Part shown: positions 15,956 to 24,421 of the stretch, piece after piece | How positions within the stretch are numbered: position 1 is the stretch's first letter | Layout of the letters: every line of letters starts with the position of its first letter | Source: Betaproteobacteria bacterium RIFCSPLOWO2_02_FULL_62_17 | GTDB lineage: Bacteria > Pseudomonadota > Gammaproteobacteria > Burkholderiales > SG8-39 | Reading direction: 5' to 3' | Assembly (NCBI GenBank): GCA_001770355.1 | Contig: MEQV01000212.1 | Coordinates: 7,385 to 40,455 of the forward strand | DNA length: 33,071 bases | Program-made: the position numbers and the translations under genes | The notes under the pieces: generated by a model | Seen by the model: only the letters and a program-made list of their open reading frames with translations | Databases searched by the model: none | Told to the model about the DNA's origin: nothing

Positions 15956-17131
15956 TCATACCACCCCTTTCTTCCGCCATTCCGCGATCGTATCCTCCAC
16001 ATAGCCCATGCTTTTCAGAATCTCCTCGCTGTGCTCTCCCGCGGTGGGCGGCGGCAGGCTCATGCGAGGCGGTGTCGCGCTCATCCGGATTGCGCTGCCC
16101 ACTAGACTCACATCGCCCATCCGGGGATGCACCATCTCGACCAGCATCCCCAAGTGCTTGACCTGCGGGTGTTCGAACACCTCGCTCATATTCAGCAGCG
16201 GTGCCGCCGGTACGTCGTGCTCATCCAGCAGTTTCAACCACCGTTCGCGCGTTCCGGAGGCGAATTTCTCTATCAAGATCGCCTGCAGCGCCGGGTAGTT
16301 CCTGACGCGCGCTTCACGGTTGACGAAGCGCGGATCGTCCTTGAGTTCGGGCCGAGCGATGGCATCGGCGAGGCCGTGCCAGAACTTCTGCGGCGAGGAC
16401 AGGTGAATGATGAAGGGCCGCCGGTCCGAGTCGAGGAACGCATACACCTGAGCCATGTGCAAGCGCGTCTCGCGCGTGGGTACGGGTCCGCCGGCAAGAT
16501 ATCGAACGGCATTTTCCGCGCAGAATGCGAGCGTGGCCTGGAGCAGCGAGGTTTCCACTTTCTGGCCCACGCCGGCGCGTTCCCGTGCCAGGAGCGCACC
16601 CTGCACCGCATAACAGGCATACATTCCGGTCAGCAGATCCGACAGGGAAGCGCCCATTCCCGTGGGCGCATCGACGTCGGTGAGCACGCTCAGCAAGCCT
16701 CCCAGAGCCTGCCCGATGGTGTCGTAGCCAGGCCGGTCTCGGTACGGGCCGTCGGACCCGTAGCCGGAAATCGAACAGTAAACGATACGTGGGTTACCGG
16801 CCCTCACCGCCTCGTAGCCGACGCCGATTCGATCAAGGGCACCCGGTCTCATGTTCTCGATGATCACATCGACGTCTCGCGCCAGCCGCCGGAGGACTTC
16901 CTTCCCCTCGGCCGACTGGATGTTGAGCGAGAGGCTGCGCTTGTTGCGGTTCATGCTGCAAAAGGTGGGGCTGTAGGGCGTGTCGCCCCAGCCGCGGAAG
17001 GCGTCCCCCTGCCCCGGCATCTCGATCTTGATGACCTCGGCGCCGAGATCGGCCAGCAGCATCGAGGCGAACGGGCCGGTGATATAGCTGGCAATCTCCA
17101 GGATCCTGATGCCTTCCAATGCTCCCGCCAT
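15956..17131 (-). CDS. Family III CoA-transferase (CaiB/BaiF/Frc type)
   Basis: GIRILEIASYITGPFASMLLADLGAEVIKIE is the family N-terminal signature. 391 aa. RBS AAAGGAAG. Confidence 0.88.
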   Translation of the reverse strand: MAGALEGIRILEIASYITGPFASMLLADLGAEVIKIEMPGQGDAFRGWGDTPYSPTFCSMNRNKRSLSLNIQSAEGKEVLRRLARDVDVIIENMRPGALDRIGVGYEAVRAGNPRIVYCSISGYGSDGPYRDRPGYDTIGQALGGLLSVLTDVDAPTGMGASLSDLLTGMYACYAVQGALLARERAGVGQKVETSLLQATLAFCAENAVRYLAGGPVPTRETRLHMAQVYAFLDSDRRPFIIHLSSPQKFWHGLADAIARPELKDDPRFVNREARVRNYPALQAILIEKFASGTRERWLKLLDEHDVPAAPLLNMSEVFEHPQVKHLGMLVEMVHPRMGDVSLVGSAIRMSATPPRMSLPPPTAGEHSEEILKSMGYVEDTIAEWRKKGVV

Positions 17132-17173
17132 GTTGCTTCCTTTCGATGAGCCTGCGGTTTGCGGCCGGCAGCG

Positions 17174-17581
17174 TCACGCGCGCGGCCGGAACTTGGGCAG
17201 TGAGATCTCTTCGTTGATCTTCTCGAACAGCACTTCCACCGCCATGTCGCACCGAATCCGTGCAGTTTCCACGCCGACAATGTTGCTCAGCAGACGGGGG
17301 CCTTCCTCGAGTTCCACGCAGGCAACCGCGTAGGGCAGGTCATTCGCAAAGGCAGGGTGGTAGGCGCGGTGGAATACAACGAAGGAGTGAACCCTGCCCC
17401 GACCCGACACGGGCACCCACTCGGAAGACGTGGAACTGCACTCCGGGCACAGCACGCCGGGCGGGAATCGGTATGAACTACAGTCCAGGCAGCGTTGCAG
17501 TCGCAGTTCCCCGTTGCGGGTGGCCTCCCAGAAGGGTTTGGAATCTTCCGATGGCGTCGGAATCGGCTTGGATGGCGTCAT
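17174..17581 (-). CDS. DUF35 Zn-ribbon/OB-fold protein
   Basis: SKPFWEATRNGELRLQRCLDCSSYRFPPGVLCPECSS (CxxC...CxxC rubredoxin-like), followed by an OB-fold-length C-terminus. The start lies 4 nt downstream of the upstream thiolase-like gene's stop. Confidence 0.85.
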   Translation of the reverse strand: MTPSKPIPTPSEDSKPFWEATRNGELRLQRCLDCSSYRFPPGVLCPECSSTSSEWVPVSGRGRVHSFVVFHRAYHPAFANDLPYAVACVELEEGPRLLSNIVGVETARIRCDMAVEVLFEKINEEISLPKFRPRA

Positions 17582-17585
17582 GGCT

Positions 17586-18725
17586 TCACTTCCTGAGGAT
17601 CAAGGTCGAGTGGCAGACCGCATTGCCGCCGTTGCCGCTCACTAGCGCCGTCTGCGCATCGGGCACCTGCCGGGGACCGCACTGACCCCGCAGCTGGCGC
17701 GTCGCCTCGACGATCTGCAGCATGCCTTCGACGTATCCTTCGGAAAGCATGCCCCCGGACGTATTGGTGGGCAGAGCGCCGCCCAGCTCCAGGCGCCCGC
17801 CCTGCACGAACGGGCCGCCCTCGCCTTTCTTGCAGAAACCGTAATCCTCCAAAGAGGCGAGCACGATGTAGGAATAGCAGTCGTAAATCTGTGCCGTATC
17901 AATGTCCGCGGGGGTCACGCCAGCCATGCGGAATGCCTTGGCGCCGGATTCCCGGGCGGCCAGCTCGGTCATGTGATTCCCATAGTTCCAGCCGCGCGAA
18001 TTGTTGGCGCGCCCCATCCCCATGACGAAGACCGGCGGCTGGCGCAGGTCCCTCGCGCGCTCGGCCGAGGTGACGATCACCGCGGCGGCGCCGTCGCTCA
18101 CCAGGCAGCAGTCGAGCAGGTGGAACGGCCATACGACCCACCGGGAACGATGGTAATCATCGAGTGTCATCGGTTCGCGCATCTGGGCCTCGGGATTGAG
18201 GCATGCGTGCTTGCGGAAAGCTACCGCGATGGCGCCCAACTGATCGTGAGTAGTGCCGTACTCGTGCATGTGCCGGGTCGCTCCCAGCGCATGTTGCGCG
18301 GTGGCCCCGAACATGCCGAACTCCGGTCCGAACTCCTGCACCGGCTCGTGGCCGTCACCGCTCTTGCGGGTCAGGCCCTTGTCACCATGCAGGCACAGCA
18401 CGGTCGAGCAGAATCCGGCCTCGATGGCGGCGGCCGCGAGCTGCACCATGAGGCAGGAGGTCGCACCGCCGGAGGACACCGACAGTCCGAAATCCGTGTC
18501 GATGCCCAGCCGCTCGGCCAAGCGCTGATGATGCACGCGCACGGCTCCCAGCAGGTGGCTGTGCGTGATGATACCGTCGATGTCCTGCTTCTTCAATCCC
18601 GCATCGTCGAGGGCGCTCTTCACCGCAGCGAGCTGCAAACCGTAGTCGCTCATTTCGGGTACGCGCCCGATGCGGCTCTGTCCCACGCCGACGATGGCGT
18701 ACTTGTCTCTCAGTGCCGCGTTCAT
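17586..18725 (-). CDS. Thiolase-fold protein (SCP-x/Ltp type), probably a non-thiolytic aldolase-like member
   Basis: KYAIVGVGQSRIG start and NTSGGMLSEG near the C-terminus place it in the thiolase superfamily. ATG at 18725 follows an AAGGAGAGG RBS, so the longer ORF to 19151 is rejected. See findings for the missing Cys and His residues. Confidence 0.8.
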   Translation of the reverse strand: MNAALRDKYAIVGVGQSRIGRVPEMSDYGLQLAAVKSALDDAGLKKQDIDGIITHSHLLGAVRVHHQRLAERLGIDTDFGLSVSSGGATSCLMVQLAAAAIEAGFCSTVLCLHGDKGLTRKSGDGHEPVQEFGPEFGMFGATAQHALGATRHMHEYGTTHDQLGAIAVAFRKHACLNPEAQMREPMTLDDYHRSRWVVWPFHLLDCCLVSDGAAAVIVTSAERARDLRQPPVFVMGMGRANNSRGWNYGNHMTELAARESGAKAFRMAGVTPADIDTAQIYDCYSYIVLASLEDYGFCKKGEGGPFVQGGRLELGGALPTNTSGGMLSEGYVEGMLQIVEATRQLRGQCGPRQVPDAQTALVSGNGGNAVCHSTLILRK

Positions 18726-18750
18726 GATCCTCTCCTTGGCGCTCAAGCTT

Positions 18751-18766
18751 AGCAATATTCTTTGCT
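18751..18766. promoter_or_regulatory. Palindrome AGCAA-N6-TTGCT in the divergent intergenic region
   Basis: AGCAATATTCTTTGCT sits in the AT-richest part of the 120-bp gap between the divergently transcribed thiolase-like and carboxyltransferase genes. A further TTGCT lies downstream. Confidence 0.25.
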
Positions 18767-18845
18767 TGTTGGTAGACTCGTTGCTTTCGTGAAGGTGTGT
18801 CTTGCACCGCGTCGGACGACGCGGCCTGCGGATCGGAGATCGTCC

Positions 18846-20300
18846 ATGGACACGGTGAAGTTTGTCGACACGACTCTGCGCGACGGGCAGATGAGTCTTT
18901 GGGCGACAAACATGACCACCGCCATGATTCTGCCGGTGGCCGAAAGCATCGACCAGGCGGGGTTCGAGGCGGCCGAGATCATTGCGGCTGCCTTTTTCAA
19001 GAAGTGCGTGCGCGAGCTGCACGAGGATCCCTGGGAGCGCATACGCCAGGTACGGGCGCGCATGCCCAACACCCCGCTGCGGGCCATTCGGGGCCGGTAC
19101 ATGAGCGCCTTCCAGATCACGCCCGCTTCGATTACCGAACTCTGGCTGCAAAGACTGGCCGCCAACGGCATCCGCGAGATCCGGATATCCGATTCGTCCA
19201 ACACTCCGGCAGTGTGGCGCGATCAGGTGTCCAGCGCCCGCGCCGCCGGAATGTCAACCATCGTCAACCTGATTTTCTCGATTTCTCCCAAGCATACGGA
19301 CGCCTACTATGCCGAGAAGGCTGCCGCGGCCGCGCGGCTCGGTACCGACCGGATGTGCCTGAAGGACCCCGGCGGGCTGCTGACTCCCGAGCGCACGCGC
19401 ACATTGGTGCCGGCAATACTTCGAGAGGCGGGTGAGGTGCCGATCGAGTTCCATACTCACTGCAATTTGGGTATGGGCACGCCGTGCTGCGTCGAAGCCA
19501 TAAAGCTCGGAATCAGGTCGGTCAATACCGCCATCCCGCCGCTCTCGGACGGATCCTCGAACCCTTCGGTGTTCGACGTTGTTCGCAACGCGCGCGTCCT
19601 GGGCTACTCCTGCGACCTGGAGGAGGAGCCGCTCGCGGCGGTCGAGCAGCATTTCTCCGCCATCGCCCGGCGCCAGCGTCTGCCCGTGGGCGCGCCGGTG
19701 CGCTACGACTGCTCCAACTATCTCCACCAGGTGCCCGGTGGCATGATCTCCAATCTGCGCCACCAGCTGGCCAACCTGGGATTGGATGGGAAATTGCAGG
19801 AGGTACTCGATGAGACGACCCGAGTGCGCGCGGACCTGGGTTATCCCATCATGGTGACGCCCTATTCCCAGTTCGTGGGCGCTCAGGCGGTGATGAACGT
19901 CGTTCTTGGAGAACGCTACAAGAGCGTATCCGACGAAGTCATTCAATACACCCTGGGTTTCTGGGGCGAGGAAGAAAGTACATCGATCGATCCGGATATA
20001 AAGGGGCGCATCCTCGGCAATCCGCGTGCGAAGGAACTGGCCGCCTGGCGGCCTCCTCAACCGACTTTGAAAGAACTGCGCCAACAATACGGGGGGGTGT
20101 CCGATGACGATCTGCTGCTGCACTATTTTGCCGGAGGGAGCGACGTGGCGGCCATGCGCGCCGCCGGCCCCCGCCAGGAATCCGGCGACGGTGTGCCCAC
20201 CCTCGCGCGGCTGATCGAGGCGTTGAACGTGAGCGGCCAATGCCGGCACATTCAGGTGCGCAAGAGCGGCATGTCGTTCACGCTGCAGCGTCGCCGGTGA
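18846..20300 (+). CDS. Carboxyltransferase, oxaloacetate decarboxylase alpha / pyruvate carboxylase B / transcarboxylase 5S-like, without a biotinyl domain
   Basis: VKFVDTTLRDGQMSLWATNM is the HMGL-like/PYC_OADA N-terminal signature. At 484 aa it ends ...VRKSGMSFTLQRRR with no (A/V)MKM biotin attachment motif. RBS GGAGA lies 6 nt upstream. Confidence 0.78.
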   Translation: MDTVKFVDTTLRDGQMSLWATNMTTAMILPVAESIDQAGFEAAEIIAAAFFKKCVRELHEDPWERIRQVRARMPNTPLRAIRGRYMSAFQITPASITELWLQRLAANGIREIRISDSSNTPAVWRDQVSSARAAGMSTIVNLIFSISPKHTDAYYAEKAAAAARLGTDRMCLKDPGGLLTPERTRTLVPAILREAGEVPIEFHTHCNLGMGTPCCVEAIKLGIRSVNTAIPPLSDGSSNPSVFDVVRNARVLGYSCDLEEEPLAAVEQHFSAIARRQRLPVGAPVRYDCSNYLHQVPGGMISNLRHQLANLGLDGKLQEVLDETTRVRADLGYPIMVTPYSQFVGAQAVMNVVLGERYKSVSDEVIQYTLGFWGEEESTSIDPDIKGRILGNPRAKELAAWRPPQPTLKELRQQYGGVSDDDLLLHYFAGGSDVAAMRAAGPRQESGDGVPTLARLIEALNVSGQCRHIQVRKSGMSFTLQRRR

Positions 20301-20313
20301 GCAGGAGCGGCCG

Positions 20314-21063
20314 ATGACGACCACGCAGACAGTGCTGGTGACTGGTGCGGCCAGCGGAATCGGCAGGGCATGCGCCGCCAGGCTGCTCGACCAGGGGCAC
20401 GAGGTGGTGGCCATGGACGTGAATGGTGAGGCACTCGCCGCGGCGCTGCGTCCGGAGGGTTCGCGCCTGATGCTGCAGCAGTGCGACGTCTCGCAGGCGC
20501 AAAGCTGCGCGGATGCGATCGCCGCAGCGATCGCACGATTCGGCAAGGTGGACGCGTTGATCCACTGGGCAGCGATCCATTCCAGCACCTTCTGGACCGA
20601 TCTGGGCGCGGATGAATTCAACCGCGTGCTCTCAACCAATGTCACCGGGTCCTTTCTTATCGCGCAGGCTGCCGGACTGCACATGAAGACCCGCGGCAAG
20701 GGGGCGATCGTGCTCGCCTCATCGACGTCGATGCTGGCCGGGTCGACTGGCGGGCAGACTGGAAGCGGCGGCGCAGCCTACGTCGCCTCAAAGGCGGCGA
20801 TCATCGGCTTGGTGCGCTCACTCGCCAACGCCCTCGGGCGCTATGGCGTACGGGTGAACGCGGTGGCCCCCGGGGTGGTCGACACCCCCATGATCGGCGG
20901 CTACTCGGCCGAGCACCGCGCGGCGCAGCCCGCCCGCGTGCCGCTCGGCCGGATCGGCTCGCCGGATGAGATCGCCGACGTGGGCTGCTTTCTGATCTCG
21001 CACGAATCCAGGTACATCCACGGCGAGACCATTATCGTCAACGGCGGTGCCAATTTCGGCTGA
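20314..21063 (+). CDS. SDR-family oxidoreductase
   Basis: VLVTGAASGIGRA and YVASKAA motifs. Confidence 0.88.
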   Translation: MTTTQTVLVTGAASGIGRACAARLLDQGHEVVAMDVNGEALAAALRPEGSRLMLQQCDVSQAQSCADAIAAAIARFGKVDALIHWAAIHSSTFWTDLGADEFNRVLSTNVTGSFLIAQAAGLHMKTRGKGAIVLASSTSMLAGSTGGQTGSGGAAYVASKAAIIGLVRSLANALGRYGVRVNAVAPGVVDTPMIGGYSAEHRAAQPARVPLGRIGSPDEIADVGCFLISHESRYIHGETIIVNGGANFG

Positions 21064-21087
21064 ACGATGGAGCAAAGGGGGTAACAG

Positions 21088-21771
21088 ATGATGCGATTGA
21101 GGGTCATTTTTCCTTCGGCGCGCAAGGTCTATCCGGACAAGGAAGTCGAATTGCGCACCGCCACCTTGCGCAATTTCTGCGGGCCGAATACCCAATTGGA
21201 ATTCAGCTATCCCGACGAAGGCGAAACCTTCAAGCAGAATCTGACCTGGGACGATTTCATCAAGGCCATACCGCATTTCGTTCTGGCCGCGAAACAGGCC
21301 GAAGCCGAAGGCGTTGACGCGATCATGATCCATTGTGTCTACGATCCGGGCTATGAAGAAATCCGCCGGGCCGTGAAGATCCCGGTGGTAGGCTTTGGCC
21401 AGGCGGTGTTCAACGCCGCGCTGCAGATCGCGCCACGCTTCGGCATCATCGCGCCCAATGATTCCCTCTTGAAGGAAGCCAACGACGTCATGGACCAGTA
21501 TCGTGTGCGCGACCGGCTCGCCCATATGGAACCGCTGAACGTCCAGCTGCCCGAAGCGCACCTGCGCGGGGAAGAGCTTCGCAGGCGCTCCGTGGATATC
21601 GCCCGCCGCTGCAGGGAGAAGGGCGCGGGCGTGGTGATTCCTTTTGGCATGGCGCTGATTCCCACCCACCTTCGCACTGAGGACATTCGAGAGAGCGCCG
21701 GCATCCCGGTGCTCAACCCGGCGCAAATCGGCATACGCGAGGCGGAAATCATCATGGAAGCCGTCGCCTGA
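21088..21771 (+). CDS. Asp/Glu/hydantoin racemase superfamily protein (atypical active site)
   Basis: VDAIMIHCVYDPGYEEIRRAVKIPVVGFGQA resembles the first catalytic-Cys block of hydantoin racemases (CFGDPG). The second block reads VVIPFGMA and has no Cys. Confidence 0.65.
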   Translation: MMRLRVIFPSARKVYPDKEVELRTATLRNFCGPNTQLEFSYPDEGETFKQNLTWDDFIKAIPHFVLAAKQAEAEGVDAIMIHCVYDPGYEEIRRAVKIPVVGFGQAVFNAALQIAPRFGIIAPNDSLLKEANDVMDQYRVRDRLAHMEPLNVQLPEAHLRGEELRRRSVDIARRCREKGAGVVIPFGMALIPTHLRTEDIRESAGIPVLNPAQIGIREAEIIMEAVA

Positions 21772-23171
21772 TGTCGCAGGCCGCTGATGTAGTGGTCGTT
21801 GGCGCCGGATGCGCCGGCCTGTGTGCCGCGGTCGAAGCCGCAGAACTGGGTTTGTCGGTGGTGGTCGTCGAGAAGCTGGAATCTTCGCTGTTGAATTCCA
21901 CCGTGGCATCCGGCGGCTATTTCGCCTTCGTCGACACCGACCTGCAACGCCGGCAGCGCATCCTCGATTCCGAGACCGCGTTCCGCCGGGACATGGCCAT
22001 GACGGGCGGTGGAAAATCCGATCCCGCCCTGGTCGATCTTTTTCTTGAGCATCAGCTGGATACCTACTATTGGCTGCAGGAGCGGGGCGTCAATTTCTCG
22101 CAGGTGGAAATGGGCATAGGCATGAACGTGCCGCGTTGTCACGCCAGTGACGGGCAACGAATTGTGGAAATGTTGTTGCGTGCTGCCAGGAAGTTGAAAC
22201 TGGATATTCGTTATCGATGGCCGGCAAAGTCACTGACGCGTGATGGCAATGGATTCAGCGTATCAGGGCCTGGTGACGAGGCGCTTTGCGCGCGTGGCGG
22301 TGTAATACTTGCCACCGGCGGCTTTTCCCGCAACCCCTCGCTGCTTGCGCGTCTGGCGCCGGGCCTGGAGCGGGTGCGGATCATCGATGGCGGCCTGGGC
22401 AGCAACGGCGATGGCATAGCCATGGCTGAGGCGCTGGGCGCACAGCTTTGCAGCATGGAGAGTGTTAAGCCCAATTTCTATGCCTATGCATTCCGGGAAG
22501 AGCGCCAGGGTGCGCTGGAGCGATTTCATCACGACGCCCCGGTGGGCATGGTGTACCATCTGGGTGGAATTCTGGTGACGCAGTCGGGTCGCCGATATGT
22601 TCGCGAGGACATCAATGCCAAGAGTATTGCCTTGGCCACTCTCAAACTGCCAGAGGCAATGTCCTGGGGAATTTACGACGATTCGGTTCGGCGCCGGGCT
22701 GCCGAGGAAAAGACCATTTACATCAATCCGCTTGCCCTGGAAAAATCGCTTCGCGGCGATTCACTCGAGGGTCTGGCGCAGCTCGCCAATATTCCACCGG
22801 ACGCGCTGGTCGAAACCGTCAATGCCTATAACGCAGCCTGCCGCGCAGGGCAGGCCGACCCCATGGGTCGCGAATATCAGACCGCAAAAGTGGGAAAACT
22901 GTTTGCGCTGGAGTCGCCGCCATATTTTGCCTTTGCGACAGCGCCCAATCTGGCGACTACTTTTTCCGGCGTGCGCATTAACACCCAGGTTGAGATTTTG
23001 AACCGCGACGGCAAGGCAATCGAGGGCTTGTATGCTTGCGGCGAACTGGTCGGCGGATTTCACGGAATGAACTTCATGACCGGCGCGGGATTGAGTCAGG
23101 CGGCAATATTTGCAAGAGTGGCGGCGCAGCACATCGCGAAATCGCGAAGTGAATTGCAAAGGGGAAGCTAA
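21771..23171 (+). CDS. FAD-binding oxidoreductase (fumarate reductase flavoprotein / KstD-like FAD_binding_2 family)
   Basis: DVVVVGAGCAGLCAAVEAAELGLSVVVVEK dinucleotide fold and C-terminal GLYACGELVGGFHG. Start overlaps the upstream stop (TGATG). Confidence 0.83.
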   Translation: MSQAADVVVVGAGCAGLCAAVEAAELGLSVVVVEKLESSLLNSTVASGGYFAFVDTDLQRRQRILDSETAFRRDMAMTGGGKSDPALVDLFLEHQLDTYYWLQERGVNFSQVEMGIGMNVPRCHASDGQRIVEMLLRAARKLKLDIRYRWPAKSLTRDGNGFSVSGPGDEALCARGGVILATGGFSRNPSLLARLAPGLERVRIIDGGLGSNGDGIAMAEALGAQLCSMESVKPNFYAYAFREERQGALERFHHDAPVGMVYHLGGILVTQSGRRYVREDINAKSIALATLKLPEAMSWGIYDDSVRRRAAEEKTIYINPLALEKSLRGDSLEGLAQLANIPPDALVETVNAYNAACRAGQADPMGREYQTAKVGKLFALESPPYFAFATAPNLATTFSGVRINTQVEILNRDGKAIEGLYACGELVGGFHGMNFMTGAGLSQAAIFARVAAQHIAKSRSELQRGS

Positions 23172-23269
23172 ATCAAGGATAGGTGAGGGGGCAACACGCC
23201 AGGCAATTATGCGATGCTCTCCGAGCGAAGGTGCAGAATGACCACAAAGCCGAGTGCGAGGAGGATGTC

Positions 23270-24247
23270 ATGAGAAACGCGCGCAATCTGAACTTACTTG
23301 TTTCGATGTTCGTATCACTGTCGCTGGGGTGGGCGAGCGCCGCGATGGCACAGAACTGGCCGAATAAGCCGGTCAGGATCGTCGTCGGATTCGGTGCCGG
23401 CGGTACGGCGGACGTGCTTGCGCGACTGCTGATCCCGGATCTCACGAAGGCCTTTGGTGAGCAGTTCATCGTCGAGAACAGGCCGGGAAGTGGCGGTGCG
23501 GTCGGGTCAGCCGTCGTTGTGCGTGCTGAGCCGGACGGGTACACGCTGCTGATCGGGGGCGCCGGGCCGCACTTGGTGGGACCCGCGGTCAATAAGAACA
23601 TAGAGTATCAGACGATGCGCGATTTCACGCACGTCGCAATGATCGCCGGCGACAGCGCCATGCTTGCGGCGAGTCCGTCACTTGGCGTGAATTCGCTGGC
23701 GGAGCTGATCAAAATGGCGCGCGACAAGGACGTGACCTGCGGCACCCCGGGGGTCGGGTCGCAGGGGCACCTGATCATGGAACTGATCAATCAGACGCTT
23801 AAAATCCGTTTGGTGCCCGTGGCCTACAAGGGTGCCGCCGAGGCGATGTCGGACCTGATCGGAAATCACGTCTCGCTGGCGTTGCAGCCGGCGATATCGG
23901 TCGGGGCGCACGTGCAGGCGCGAAAGGCGGTTGGGTTGGGGGTGACTTCCCCGGCGCGCAATCCTGTCTTTTCCAGTGTCCCGACCTTCGCGGAACTCGG
24001 ATACCCGCAGGTCCGTGGCACCGCATGGTTCTGGCTCACCGGGCCCGCCAATATGCCGGCGCCGGTCGTGGAGCGCCTCAACCGCGAAGTCAGGAAGATA
24101 ATCAATTTGCCGAACATCGAAAAACAGTTCGCCAAACTCGCTCTTCAGAAACTGGATCTGGACGTGCCGGCTTTGAACAAGTTCCTCGCGGAGGAAGTCG
24201 CACTTTGGGGCGGGCTTGCGGAGAAAGTCGGCCTTAGGGTCCAGTGA
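23270..24247 (+). CDS. Bug/TctC-family substrate-binding protein
   Basis: A signal peptide, then AQNWPNKPVRIVVGFGAGGTADVLAR. ATG at 23270 follows GAGGAGGA. Confidence 0.85.
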   Translation: MRNARNLNLLVSMFVSLSLGWASAAMAQNWPNKPVRIVVGFGAGGTADVLARLLIPDLTKAFGEQFIVENRPGSGGAVGSAVVVRAEPDGYTLLIGGAGPHLVGPAVNKNIEYQTMRDFTHVAMIAGDSAMLAASPSLGVNSLAELIKMARDKDVTCGTPGVGSQGHLIMELINQTLKIRLVPVAYKGAAEAMSDLIGNHVSLALQPAISVGAHVQARKAVGLGVTSPARNPVFSSVPTFAELGYPQVRGTAWFWLTGPANMPAPVVERLNREVRKIINLPNIEKQFAKLALQKLDLDVPALNKFLAEEVALWGGLAEKVGLRVQ

Positions 24248-24421
24248 TCGGCGCCAGCGCGGCGATGCGCGAGTGCCGGGTCATTCTCGATGAAAGAGCG
24301 CGGGCGACGATACGGGCATTCGACCGGGGGTAATTCACCTGGCGTCGTGTTGCAGCATGACCCCCATCCTTAGGGGCACCGATGATTGTTCGGATTTGGG
24401 AATCACGAAGAGGAGACATTC

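Noticed and set aside
18726-19151. 142-aa upstream extension of the thiolase-fold ORF
   Set aside because: It has no thiolase-like sequence and overlaps the divergent carboxyltransferase gene. A strong RBS precedes the internal ATG at 18725, which yields a canonical KYAIVGVG N-terminus.
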